DNA of 64,000 nucleotides. Origin: the human T2T-CHM13v2.0 reference genome, Homo sapiens. Position numbers and translations under genes: made by a program. Below, in pieces: positions 1 to 13,461 of this stretch; the first letter of the stretch is position 1, and each line of letters begins with the position of its first letter. The DNA lies in NCBI RefSeq assembly GCF_009914755.1, contig NC_060938.1, one strand, 5' to 3'. The notes beneath the pieces were generated by a model, which saw only the letters and a program-made list of their open reading frames with translations, searched no databases and was not told the origin of the DNA.

Positions 1-240
1 ATGTTCCCTTCTAGCTGGAACCCCTGTTCCCCTGCTGCCCTCATCCACATCAGCCTTTATGCTCTAAAGAATGCATTTCCAAGCCTGTGTACCTGCTGGG
101 TCTGTTCCAACACTGGCCTTTGTTTTCTGGTGGTTCGTCTATTTCTCCTTCTTCCTTATCCCTTCTCTTGTCCACCTCCCCTCCATCTCCACATCTTCCT
201 ACTAAATGGGAAACTTCCAGAGGGCCAGAACCTTGGCTGA

Positions 241-1020
241 TGATAGGGACAGGAGGCAGAGAAATTCTAGGCAGAAAAGGGTGGGGTCCCTGGCGAGGGC
301 CCCACCCTCAAGCCTGAAACCGCAGCCCAAAGTGAGAACTTTACATCATTTTCCTGCTGGAATATTGCCTTTTCCAAAACCACTCCTGGCCAACCCCCAT
401 CCTATAGCCTTAAAACCCCCAGGCTCTACTGACAGAGAGCAGAGAAGGGGAGAAGCATTAGCCAGACATCAGAGAGAAGCAGGTTTACTTTAGAGAGACG
501 GCTGGACAGCGGGACTTCAGAGAAGAGTCAGCTGGGGACAGCCAGACCTCAGGGGTGGAATACCTTCCTGCTCCATCTGCTTTCCAGCTCCCCTTCCCAC
601 TGACAGCCACTTCTATCGGCAATAAAATCCTCTGCATTTACCATCTTTCAATTCGTTTGTGCTATCTGATTTTTTTCCTGGATGCCAGGTAAGAGCTCAG
701 GATAGAGAAAGCTGTCTCACTGGCTCTCTGCCCTCATGAAAAGGCAGAGGGTCTATTGAGCTGTTAAACACTTAAGCTAAAGGAGCGCAGTGTAACAAAC
801 ACACTCTGGAGCTTCAGGGGTCACAGATACTCCCCCCTTAGATGCTGCCGCAGTACCCTCATGGAGTTTTTCTCCTGCTGGTGCCCAAAAGCGATCACTC
901 CAGCTCCTGTGCCCGCTTGCCTGTGTGCTCCCACTCCCTCGAGGGGTTGAGAACTGAGGGCTAAGTGAGGCACCCCTGTCATGAAGCCCACAAAGGGGTC
1001 AAGGAAAATTTCCTGTTTCA
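241..1020 (+). mobile_element. ERV1 solo LTR, MER50-like
   Basis: Starts TGATAGGGACAGGAGGCAG, ends CCTGTTTCA. 4-bp target-site duplication CTGA at 237-240 and 1021-1024. Internal AATAAA at 621-626. Subfamily from recall of the consensus. Confidence 0.8.
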
Positions 1021-1288
1021 CTGACACATCTGTCCTGTGTCTCAGAGCAAGGCCCTGGGCATAGCAGCTGCTTGCAGATGGATGGGCAAATTAACAAGTT
1101 TTCACTTCCTGAAAGAAATTAAGATGACCAGTCAGTTAACTGAGAGTTCAGGTGGTTGGAGGAGAAGATTCTCATGCCTGGGTTGTCTTCTTGATGTGAC
1201 TTGTTCTTATTCCTTATGTGGAAAAAGCTACTGAATCCTTACAGTGTGCGTTGGACTGTGCCAGGCCGAGGGTGTTGAGAATACTGTC

Positions 1289-1378
1289 GTCTACGGCCAT
1301 ACCACCCTAAATGCACCCGATCTTGTTTGATCTCGGAAGCTAAGCAGGGTCGGGCCTGGTTAGTACTTGGATGGGAGA
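1289..1378 (+). pseudogene. 5S rRNA retropseudogene, nt 1-90, 3'-truncated
   Basis: GTCTACGGCCATACCACCCT...GGTTAGTACTTGGATGGGAGA matches 5S rRNA with 5 transitions. Flanked by direct repeat GAGAATACTGTCG (1277-1289 and 1375-1387). Confidence 0.95.
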
Positions 1379-1557
1379 ATACTGTCGCTAGATCTGCTGT
1401 GTACCCTTTGACAAGTCTCATAACTTTCATAGGTTTGGGCTTCTTTGGTAAAATAGCATTCATACTGGCAACTGCAGAAGCTACAGGAAGGGATTCAATG
1501 AGACAATATGTGGACAGCATTTAGATAGTAGTTTCTCAGATAAGAAGTGCTAAATGA

Positions 1558-1690
1558 GGTCTGCTGTCATGGCACATGCCTGTAATCTCAGCACTTTGAG
1601 AGGCCAAGAGGGAGGATTGCTTAAGCCTAGGAGTTCAAGACCAGCCTGGGCAACATAGTAAGATCCCTGTCTCTACCTAAAAAAAAAAAA
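1558..1690 (+). mobile_element. Alu monomer (FLAM-like)
   Basis: Single Alu arm GCCTGTAATCTCAGCACTTTG...GACCAGCCTGGGCAACATAG followed by an A tail. Confidence 0.85.
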
Positions 1691-2686
1691 GTATTAAATA
1701 AAGAACAGATGTTTTCAGTACCATCATCAATAAAGGTAATCGCCTCTGTCTTCTGTTGGTTCTGGATCTAGAAAGAGAGGCCAATACTGAAATCTCTCCT
1801 AATACTACCGGACATTGCCCCAGTGTGGGTGCAGTGTGGACAAGCAGGGCAGCTTCCTTAAGGTGAAGGTTGAGCTGATTCCTAATGAGTGAAGTGACCA
1901 GGGGTTGGTACATAGGGGAGGTTGGGCCATTCCAGGAAGTATCCCAGTAGTATCCTGATGGAGACTTGTGCCTCTTGAGAGCTACTTAAACTAAAAGCAA
2001 TATGGGTGCAGGAAGTTGGTGTAATATTCCCAGAGTGCGGTGATGAAGACTTTGGAGACTCTGGGGTGACACAGATACTCACTGGGTCAACCCCTATGCC
2101 TGTGCACAAGACTTTAGTCTCACAAACCTGAGACTGAAGGAAGCGGGCAGGGGTAGGGGGACCGGGCGGGGGGCGCCCAGGCTTATCAGGTGTTCACAGC
2201 TATTTTCCATCTCCTTGTTCTTGATCTTTTTCCAACAATGCTGTTAACAGGATGTCCTTCCCTTGACTTGAACTCCCCCCAAGCCTCAACATCAAACAGC
2301 CCTGTGTGGATTGCAGGATGTAGGTTGGAGTGCCATCAAGGATGATTAAAACAACAACCACCACCACCATCACCATCACCATAGGGTTAAGGTGATATGT
2401 GGTGTTTCCTCTTCTTTCTTTCTTGACCTCCTGACTTCTTTCTACCTAGCACCATTCCCAAGTTAACCCAGTGGAATATCTCCCCTCCCTTGATTCTACA
2501 GAGCTAAGGGCCTTTTTCTTTGGTGAGTCATTCATAGGTGGGAGGGCACCCTGTAAGCTCTGGTGGCCCAGCCAGACACTTCTGCTTTCTGACTTGATTA
2601 CAGGCATCTTTCCTTTTTCATGCTGTGCAAAAACTTGAGCTCAGCCTCTCACCCCAACACAATTCAAGACGCAGCCTTGTCCCAGC

Positions 2687-2740
2687 ATGAGCGCAGATAA
2701 CAGCAGCACCATCTGTGTTTGTAGAAGCGTGAGACAGGAG
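2687..2740 (+). CDS. FLVCR2: FLVCR2 alternative internal first coding exon (MSADNSSTICVCRSVRQE)
   Basis: AGCATGA start context, 18 open codons, then GAG|GTGAGG donor in phase 0, matching phase-0 exon 2. Gives 321 aa in total. Peptide recalled as the N-terminus of the short FLVCR2 isoform. Confidence 0.75.
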
Positions 2741-3137
2741 GTGAGGATAGATCTTACTTCCTTCCCAACTTCTTTGGGTTCAGCCGTGTGTCCGGAGCCT
2801 TAGGAGGGAGGAGTGTTTGCTTTGGCTCCCCTCCGATTGCTTCTCCAGAGAGGAGTTGAACACAAGTATTTTTCAGTTCCAGGAGGCTGCTTTTGATTGC
2901 ACAGCCCTGCCAGCTCCGGAAAAGAGGGACACAGAAGCTGGAGCAAGGTTGGGAGCTGGTTTTCTCCTTTTTTTCTTCTCTCCCCTGGAAACTCCTGATT
3001 TCTGCATACAATGACTGGGTTGACATGGCTGGGTCTCCTTTGGCGGCTCTAGAGGTAGCTGTCTGTATGCAAGTCTATTTGCTGTGTTCATCTACTGGAA
3101 AACATAGGAGGTGAGCAGGCATAAGGCATTCGTGGGC

Positions 3138-3439
3138 TTTTGTTTCGTTTTTTGAAACAGTGTCTCAGTCTGTCGCCCAGGCTGGAGTGCGGTAGCATGA
3201 TCACGGCTCACTGTAGCCTCAACCTCCCCGGGCTCAGGTGATCCTCCCACCTCACCTCATCCTTTCGAATAGCTGGAACTACAGGCTCATGCTACCACGC
3301 CTGGCCAATTTTTGTATTTTTTTGTAGAGATGGGGTTTTGCCACGTTGCCAGGGCTGGTCTTGAACTCCTGGGCTCAAGTGATCTGCCTTCCTCTGTCTC
3401 CCAAAGTGCTGGGATTACAGATGTGAGCCACCACCCTGG
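3138..3439 (-). mobile_element. Alu (AluJ-like)
   Basis: T-rich tail followed by reverse-complement Alu dimer. Confidence 0.9.
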
Positions 3440-3724
3440 TGAGGCATCCATGTTAAAGCAGGGTTCATTCTCAAGGCTGTTTGTTTGGGCTAGTAGCTGC
3501 CTTTTGAGCAATCTAGGCCTCCTTAGACCTTTATCCCGGGCTTCCTGTTGGGTGCTGGACAGGTTTGTGGAGACACCCATTTGAGCACACCCAGGATTCA
3601 TCCCTTCTCTGCTGAGAAGCTAGACAGGAACACACCTCTCTCCCACCATTCCTGCCTAGGGTACATAGGGGAAGCCAGCAGCTGAGAATTCTCTTGATTT
3701 CCTTCCTCAGAGTGGTGGAGATCA

Positions 3725-4195
3725 ATTGTTTCTAAAGTATGCTGCATGAGCCCCTGCACCAGAACCACGTGGGTGTTCATTAAAAATGCAAATTCAGAGA
3801 CTCACACCTATAATCCCAGCCCTTTGGGAGGCCAAGGCAGGAGGATTGCTTGAGTCCAGGAGTTGGAAACCAGCCTGGGCAACATGGAAAAACCCCGTCT
3901 TTACAAAAAATTAGCCAGGCATGGTGGTGCCTGCCTGTAGTACTAGCTACCCAGGAGGCTGAGGTTGGGGGATCACCTGAGCCTGGGAGGTGGAGGTTGC
4001 AGTGCGCCAAGATCATGCCACCTCACTCCAGCCTGAGGGACAGAGTGAGACCCTGTCTTAAGAAAAAAAAAAAAGCAAATTCCTGGGCACCAGAGCAGAC
4101 CCAAGGAATTAGCTCCTCTAGGTTGGGACCCAGGAATATGTATTTTTGATTCTCCTTCTAGGGATTCTGATGCCCACTGAAGTTTGAAAACTCCT
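3725..4195. mobile_element. MER5-type hAT-Charlie fossil interrupted by an Alu
   Basis: AAAATGCAAATTC...CCTGGG...CCCAGGAATATGTATTTT...GATTCTGATGC...AGTTTGAAAAC motifs. GCAAATTC is repeated on both sides of the Alu. Confidence 0.65.
3797..4075 (+). mobile_element. Alu (AluJ-like)
   Basis: Alu dimer with A tail. Confidence 0.9.
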
Positions 4196-4904
4196 GGTAT
4201 AGAAGCCATGGAAGCTGGACCCAGCAGCCATGTTTGGGGCCTCCAGCAGGATACCTGTCCTCTTTGGGCATCAGCTTTTTTTTCTATAGCAAGAATGCCT
4301 GCCTCACAGGGTTGCCATGAAAGCTAAATGAGGCAATGTCTATGTGAAACAGCTCCTGGAACCAAGTAAGCCCTCTGTAAACATTTACTGAGTCCATATC
4401 TATCTTTTCCCTCTCTACCAAACTCATGTTCTACAACATGCTAGTGTTAAAAAAGGTAAACGGAGGTGCAATTAAAATTTTTTTAAGAGTTTATTTGAGC
4501 AAACAGTGATTCATGAATTGGCTGGCTCCAAACCAGAAGTGGTTCTGGATCATCCTGAGTCTCAGACCATGTCTTCTGGGGATATGATGCTGCTTTGTGC
4601 CTTTTTGAGACTCAGCAAGGTTCCATGGGAAGAGAGCAGGGCTGGGAATGGAACCTCAGAAGTCTCGATGTTGATGATTAGCTCTGTGACTTCAAGTTGC
4701 TTCAACTCAGTTATGAAGTAGAGAAGACAGTTTGGCCCTGACAGGTCTCTGCTTCCTCGTCTGGACTTTGGGCATCCTGCTCTTGATCTCACTGGGTGGT
4801 TTTGAGGCTCTGGTAATATATCGGATGTGTAGGTGCCTTGAAAATGGTGAAATATTTTGCCAGTGTTGACTTTTAGTGCCCTTTCTTGAACTCAAAAAAA
4901 AGGG

Positions 4905-5197
4905 GGGCTCGGTGTGGTGGTTCACACCTGTAATCCTAGCACTTAGGGAGGTTGAGGTGGGAGAATCACTTGATGCCAGGAGTTTAAGGCCAGTCTTCGC
5001 AACATAGTGAGACTCTATCTCTACAAAAATAGTTAAAAAGTTGGTTGGGTGTGGTGGCACATGCCTGTAGTTCTAGCTACTTGGGAGCTAGAGAGGATCA
5101 CTTGAGCCCAGGAGTTTGAGGTTACAGTGAGCAGTAATTGCACCACTGCACTCCAGCCTGGGCAACAGTGTGAGTTCTCATCTAAAAAATCAAAAAA
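4905..5197 (+). mobile_element. Alu (AluJ-like)
   Basis: Diverged Alu dimer. Confidence 0.85.
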
Positions 5198-8100
5198 TAC
5201 TCTGGACTTGCCCTTTGACAGTAGAATAAAAAGGGCTTCTCTAGACACACATCGTGTCCTGCCTGGATTGGGGGCCATGCCCTCCATGTAGAGGGCTCAG
5301 CACTCCTGCCTTTACACCGGCTCATGGTTCAGGATAAGCTCCATCATCCTTACCGTAGGAGACTCTCTCAGAGCTTCTGGGTTTCAAAGCCTTCCTCTCA
5401 TCGGCAAAGAAAGGAAGCTATACTTGCTGATTTGATCCTCTTGAGCTGAGCTGTTCGGCGGCTCCAGGAATCCTGTGGAGCATTCTGGTTCTTTTTCATT
5501 CCAGGAAACTGACCGCTTGCTGCAGAGGGGCCTTTTGCCAGGAGTGGCACGATGCAACGTTTGAGTCTATATGTGCCTAAGATGGTTCCTCTCTTCAGTG
5601 TAGGAAAATGGCTGTGGTGGCATAGCACAGAACTGATTCATCCCCACCCTCAGGACATAGGCCTGGGAGGGAGAAGTTTTATCCTGAGGGCATGGTGGTC
5701 CTGGCCCTACCAAGTTTTCTCGCAGCCCCTCACAGTTAGCAAGTGGCAATGATCGATGGTAACAAATGGGGATCGGTAGGGCTTGGACAGCCCTTGTGAA
5801 GATGTTGGAACCCTTAGGAAGATGTTGCAGTTTCCGTTCGACAAGCTTCTCTCTCCAGAATTCTTATATCTCTCCTTAGGGAGGAAGGTTCCTCATTGTC
5901 TTCCCTGGGTATGGCTGCCCCCGTATTCTCATGCTGCCCCACCAAAAGCCATGTCCTTTATTAGTGTGCCCCCATCCTGGGCCAGACCTCTGTCCCTTGC
6001 AAATAACCCACACAGTCCCCTGGCTATCACATCTTTGTCTCTGTTCTACAACAAGTTCCTTGAATCCTGCTTGTCCTGAATTGCATCCCCTCCAGCCAGC
6101 TTCCCTATGTCTTTCCAGTTGACAGCAGGCAATGAGAGAAATGAAAGCCACTAAAGAAGGCCCTCCTCCCCTTGGCCTGTCATGTGTTTTTTTTTTAGAC
6201 AATGCACCATAGCCTTTATTTTATTTATTGAACAAATATTATTGAGCATCTACTCTGTGCCAAACAACAAACATTTTCACAGCTGGGGATGCAGCAATGA
6301 ATGGGAAAGGGAAGGTCCCTGTTGGCAATAGCCCTCTGTTCTTGTAGAGTTCACATTGAAGGGAAGAGAGATTACACTATAAGCCAGTCACACCGGAGCG
6401 GCTAATGGTGCAAATGTCAGCCCAAGTAGGAGGGCGGGTGACTTCAAAGCAGGATATTAGGAGATGTTTTTAGCTAAGCAGGTCCCTGAGTAACTCCCTA
6501 AATAACAGGGCCAGATCTAATGGTGCTGCAATCTCTCTCTTTCTCTCTCTCAGGGCGTTATAGATGTGAGTGACTAATAGTTTTTTTGGTGTAAGCTTGA
6601 GATTTCTTTTTCTTTCCAGCTGTCTGTCTGGGATCCTGAGGCAAGCTTAGTTAACTTATGAAGTTGGCTTCTTAGGAAAAAGCTACATGGGTCCCATCCT
6701 ATCTATTTCTTGAAGTGCATGCTCCAGAGGAACTGGGTTTTGCCCATGGCAGTCCATGAAGCAGCAACTCTTCCAGGGCCTGCCAGTAAGTAATTGGCAG
6801 GGTTTTACCCCTGAAAAAATCAGAATAGGAGGGCTATTACCAGAAAGTCCATCCAGATTTAGAAGGAAACATGGGAGGATTAGAAACATTGGTCGTCACG
6901 TGAGCATCCCTTTTAGGAATGCCAGAATGTTGCCTTGCAGACAAAGGAGACAATTATTCTCCTTTGGGCTGTTTTATCTGTCAAAGGTCAGGGAGTGGCA
7001 CCTTTGAGTTGGGGGGGATAGATGGGGGGTTAGTGTTAAGGGAATGCAGAAGACCGGAGAATCCCTCTGTTGGCTGTTGATTGCTGGTGTCTGGGACAGA
7101 ATTGGTGGGCAATCAGTGCCAAAGCATTTGAATGGCGCTTTGCACATCGCCTACTTCAAATGTGAAAACTTTGGAGTAAGATTTGCATGATGTGATCTGA
7201 TGTGATCTCAGCTGGCCGGGTGGTTTGAAAGACACCCACTCATTTTTCCTCCTTCCTAGCCGAGTCATGGGGAAGTTCTGTGACCACTGGCTTTCAGCAC
7301 AGTCAGCTAGAGGGACATTAATGTATTGAGGTGACAGTGATTTGTTCTCTCACTGAAAGAAAAGGCAGTGGATTCTTCACTTCTGCACCCAAAGTAGACC
7401 TAGGCTGGCCCTTTGTGGAGTTCACCATGAGGACAACTTCAAGGGGAACACCAAGTCCTTAAAAGGAGGAGTGTGTGCCAGGAAGCTCCTGAGTTCATGA
7501 TGACAGAAAGCAAGCATAAATACCGGGCTTAGCTAAAAAAATAAAACACGGCCTTTGTCAGTGTTCCTTTTTTTTTCTTTAATCAGAAAACTTTCCTTGT
7601 GAAACTCATTTTCTTCACCTAAACTTAGCAACTTCTCTGTTTACAGCCTAGTGTATCTCTGCTCTTCAGCTAACTTGCACCCCCCACAAAGATGAGGAGG
7701 AAACCCAACACCAAGGCTGTAGGTCAAGATCAAGGTATATTACATTATAAACCGGGTGAGAGTGAGCTCCTTGTCTTGCATCTTTCTCTTCCCTTCTGAG
7801 TAGGGTGCCTAGTATGCAGCAGGTGCTCAATAAATACTGAGTGTAGGTCTAAGAGTGAGAAGTTGATTGGTCTGCATTCGAATCCCCTCCATGCCTGATC
7901 TTGGGGCACCCCAAATGAGAGGTCTTCCCTGTCTGGGGGCTTCCTTAGGTCATTTCATCTGGCATCTACTCGCTTTGGGTGGTTAAACTCTTACAATGCA
8001 GCAAACTGCTACTGTGCCCAACTTGTTTACTGCAGAGCAGCCTGGAAAGACTTGAGTGAGGTTTGAGCTGCACAGTTCTAAGAGTTATTTCTTCACTCAG

Positions 8101-8567
8101 AAAATATTTCCTGAGTGCTGTCTCTGTTCTTGTGATTGTGTCAGACGTGGTATGCGGGAGGGTCACATGAGCAAATGTGAGTCAATGTCCCTGTCCTCAA
8201 GGTACTAACAGTTTAGTTTGGGAGACAACACACTACACAAAAAGAAACAAAACTAAGCATGACATAAAAACAAGAAACCTGTAAAGTGTAACTGTGGCAA
8301 AGAAACCAAACTGTAGCTGGAGACACCTCTCACCCTTGCTTCCTCCGACAGCTACACATTTGGGGACATTTGAACTACAGAATGGAGCATATGAGACTGG
8401 AGGGAGTGTCGGGTGTGAGGGCAGTCACTTTTCTGTGGCATTCACCTTGTCCGTTGAGGGCTTTGGAATCAGATAGCCAAGGGTATGAATCTCAGTTTTG
8501 CCAGGAGAAGCTGTTTTGACCTTGGGCAAATTATAGAGGCTTTCTCATCTGTAAAAACCAAACCAGA

Positions 8568-8897
8568 GGCCAAGGCACAGTGGCTCATGCCTGTAATCCC
8601 AGCGCTTTGGGAGGCCGAGGCAGGTGAATTGCTTGAGCCCAGGAGTTCGAGACCAACCTGGGCAACATGGTGAAACCCCGTCTCTCCTAAAAATACAAAA
8701 AATTAGCCAGGTGTGTTGGGCGCATGTCTGTGGTCGCAGCTACTTGGGAGGCCGAGGTGAGAGGATTGCTTGAGCCAGGGAAGTAGAAGCTTCAGTGAGC
8801 CGAGATCGCACCACTGCACTAGCCTGGGCAACAGAGTGAGACCCTGTCTCACAAACAAACAAACAAACAAACAAAAAAACCCACAAACAAAACCCAA
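8568..8897 (+). mobile_element. Alu with (AAAC)n tail, within MIR-like sequence
   Basis: Alu dimer. Flanks carry TGACCTTGGGCAA and CTCATCTGTAAAA MIR motifs. Confidence 0.9.
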
Positions 8898-10257
8898 ACC
8901 AGAGATGATGGTGCCAACTTCAGGGGGTAGTTGTGAGGGCATAGATGAAATATCATGTGAAAAAGCCTTTAGCATGCTGTCTAACACATAGCAGACACTC
9001 AGTACATATTCACCTCCTTCCTCCTGGTTTGAGTAACATTTAAGACCAGCGCCTTTAACCTAATGGATAAGAGTACAGATGAGTACTGATGGCCAGAGCT
9101 TGAAGTTTAGCCTCATCGCTTACTGTTATGTGACCTTGGGCAAGCTACTTAAATGCCAATTTCCTCCACTTTAAAATAGACATTAGGGGAGCACGCCTTC
9201 TATTTTATGGAGTGAAGTGTTGCCCCCCAAAAGAAAAAAATTAATAATTAAAAAATAAAATGATTCAAAGAGTATATATATTTATAGGGTGCTTTGAGCA
9301 CAGTGTATCAGCTCTCATCGCTATTATTATCTTCCCTAGGGATCAATGATTGTAGGCTATCCTAATTTCAGTAGCTGCTGCTTCCTGCATTTCTCTAACC
9401 TCTTTCACCCAAAGAACTGAGGGAATCCAGGAGTCAGGGCAGTAAAAGCCACCAGCATAATCACAGCTTTCAGGACAAACCCTGTGACGGGGGCGGGAGC
9501 TTGAAGGAAGTCTGGAGTTGGCCAGCTGTAACCCTACTCCCTAAGTTCTTAGAGATCTTAGCTTAGCCTTTAAATCCATAAACCCCCTTCCTGAGTGATT
9601 TTCCACCAAATCAATGAGGTTGTTTAGATTGTCTTTGTCTTTGAAGGCCTGCTACCTCCTTGATCCCGAGTTGACCTTTTCAAAAGAAGCCTTGGATTTG
9701 GAGATTTCACAAATAACAGTCATATGAGCGGTCTTTGCCTGGACATTATCGGTTACCGTGGAGCCGCCTGGCATTCCTGGGTGCTCGGGGCTCATTCTCA
9801 TGATTAAGCTCAAGCTCTGGGTTCTTAGTTTTGCAGTGTCTCTCAGCCCCAGCAGCCACCTTGGACTCTCCTTGCTTCTTTCTGGGGCATCCGCAGACTC
9901 AGTCCCAAGACCCCCTGCCAAACCTCGACTACATGTCCCAAGGTAGCTTGCCTGGCAGAGTGCCTTCACTCTAGCCTGGTCTCCTCCACTTGAGGTCTTG
10001 GAGCCCTTGTTTATTCTCCATGTTGCTAGATCAGTTATTCACTAGCAGGTATAAGCAAACATCTAAATGATGCTGGCCAAGGGGTAGAGAGCAGTATTTA
10101 TAGCAACAGAATTATGGACTGGAGTGTGCAGACTTGCCTAAATAGTACCAACTTTGTGGTGTTTCAATGCACACAGCACTGTGTGGGCATGGGCAATGAG
10201 TGTGGAAGTCACTTCCACATAATTCCCCAGGTGGACATGGTCCTGGGAGATGGAGCT

Positions 10258-11005
<748 letters not shown>

Positions 11006-11781
11006 TGCCCCTTTACATAGTAACACTTTCTCCCAAGTTGTCTGTGCAGCTGAAGTTTTCCTCAGCTGCCCTACTCTGTGAACTTAACTTCAGATTAATC
11101 TTTAGGCCATAAAATCATTGGTAGTGTGCATAGAGGTATGTAGATATACACATTTACCTAATAACTGTATCATGTAAAACATCCTTTGGCAAGGACAGCA
11201 TCATACTGAATGCTTTAAAATTGCTCATTTGGGTTGATGGGCTTACAGTAATCCAATGTGTGAAAGTCTAGATTGAACCTCAATGTATCTTTTATGAGGC
11301 TCTTATTTTAAAAGGATCCTCAACCATGCTTTTTAAAGTATCAAACTTTCTCTGAGAACCTTGTCTAGACTTAAATTTCCAACCACATCTTTCCACAGTT
11401 CTGGGCTCACATGACAAATGTGCAGTGGCAATGGTGCTTTCCTGACATGCCAGTTAACTGCAGCTCATTCTTTCAACAACCATGTATTGAGTAAGCACCA
11501 GACTAGCAAGTATCAGGAAAATGACTGACAACCCAAAGATTAGAGGAAGTTAGAGCAAGGCAATCACGCCTAGTGAGGATCGTCAAGGAAAGCTCTGTGA
11601 GAGAATTCACATGGTGATGGGCTCTGAAAGATTAAAAAGGGGATAACTTGGGATAAAGGTATAGACGAGATGATGGGAAGGTTGGAATCATGACTTGTTC
11701 AATCTGGCTGGAATATAGGGGATTTATAGGGATACAGAAGAGAAGGGTCTGGAAAGGAAGGTTGAAACTAGCAAAGACAGC

Positions 11782-12151
11782 TGTATTAGTCTGTTTTCAC
11801 GCTGTGATAAAGAACTGCTTGAAACTGGGTAATTTATAAAGAAAAGAGGTTTAATTGACTCACTGCTCCAAATGGCTAGGGAGGCCTCAGGAAACTTACA
11901 ATCATGGTGGAAGGGGAAACAGGCACATCTTACATGGTGGTAGGCAAGAGAGCGAGAGAGAGAGCGTCTGAAGGAGGAACTGTCAAACATTTTTCTAACC
12001 ATCAGGTCTTGTGAGAACTCACTACCATGAGAATACCATGGGAGAAACTGCCCCCATGATCCAGTCACCTCCCACCAGGCCCCTTCCTTGGCACATGGGG
12101 ATTACAATTCGAGATGAGATTTTGGTGGGGACACAGAGCCAAACCAAATCA
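11782..12151. mobile_element. MaLR LTR (THE1/MSTA-type)
   Basis: TGTATTAGTCTGTTTTCACGCTG...GGGAGGCCTCAGGAAACTTACAATCATGG...GGGGACACAGAGCCAAACC; about 370 bp. Confidence 0.85.
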
Positions 12152-12852
12152 ATGGCTAAGAACAGTAGCTGAGGGGTTTGGACCTGCTTCCTTCCTCTGA
12201 GAGGGCTGACACCTTGAAGTTCTTTAAGCAGGGACGGTGGGGTCAATGCAACGCCAAGGACCATGAATGTGAGTACATCATGCAGGTCGGGCAGAGGAGA
12301 GATCACAGTTGCCTGGGAGAAAGGCAGAAAGGTCCGAAGTGGGACAGGGCAGATTCAAAGAGGACTTTGCAGAAGGGTTTGGGAGGATCTGAGACGAAGT
12401 GCATATAAGAGGGCAGAGTCAAAGATGACTAAGATAATTGAGGAAGGACACGCAGATGGAGCCAGAGAAGGAAGTGAAGCAGAACCAGGGTAGGATGATG
12501 GTTTGTATGACTTCCCCAAATAAACCAAGTGCATCTTGGGAGTCCCAGTGGCCTCTGCTGCCTGTCACCTCTGCTGTGTGAGAGTGTGTGGGAAAGGGCC
12601 AACCCTGCAGACAGGGAGTGAGCCTCAGCCCGATGAGCTAGGTGGTATTTTCTTCCTCTTGTGGATTAGGAAACACACAGAGAGGTCAATTAACTTGCCA
12701 AGCTCTAGTAACTGGTAGGGCCGAGATTTGAATTGAGATCTTTCTGACCCCTGACCCTGAGCCCTTAAGCACTATATTAGTATGATGATGTCTCTGAGGA
12801 ATGTTGAAGCAGAAAGGAGAAGTGGGAGATTCATTTAAAAAAGCATAAGGCC

Positions 12853-13461
<609 letters not shown>

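Noticed and set aside
1289-1378. Functional 5S rRNA gene
   Set aside because: Lacks the 3' ~30 nt and the terminator, shows CpG decay and has a TSD.
2349-2382. (CAA)(CAC)(CAT) run resembling poly-His/Thr coding sequence
   Set aside because: Not in a supported exon; a degenerate trinucleotide microsatellite.
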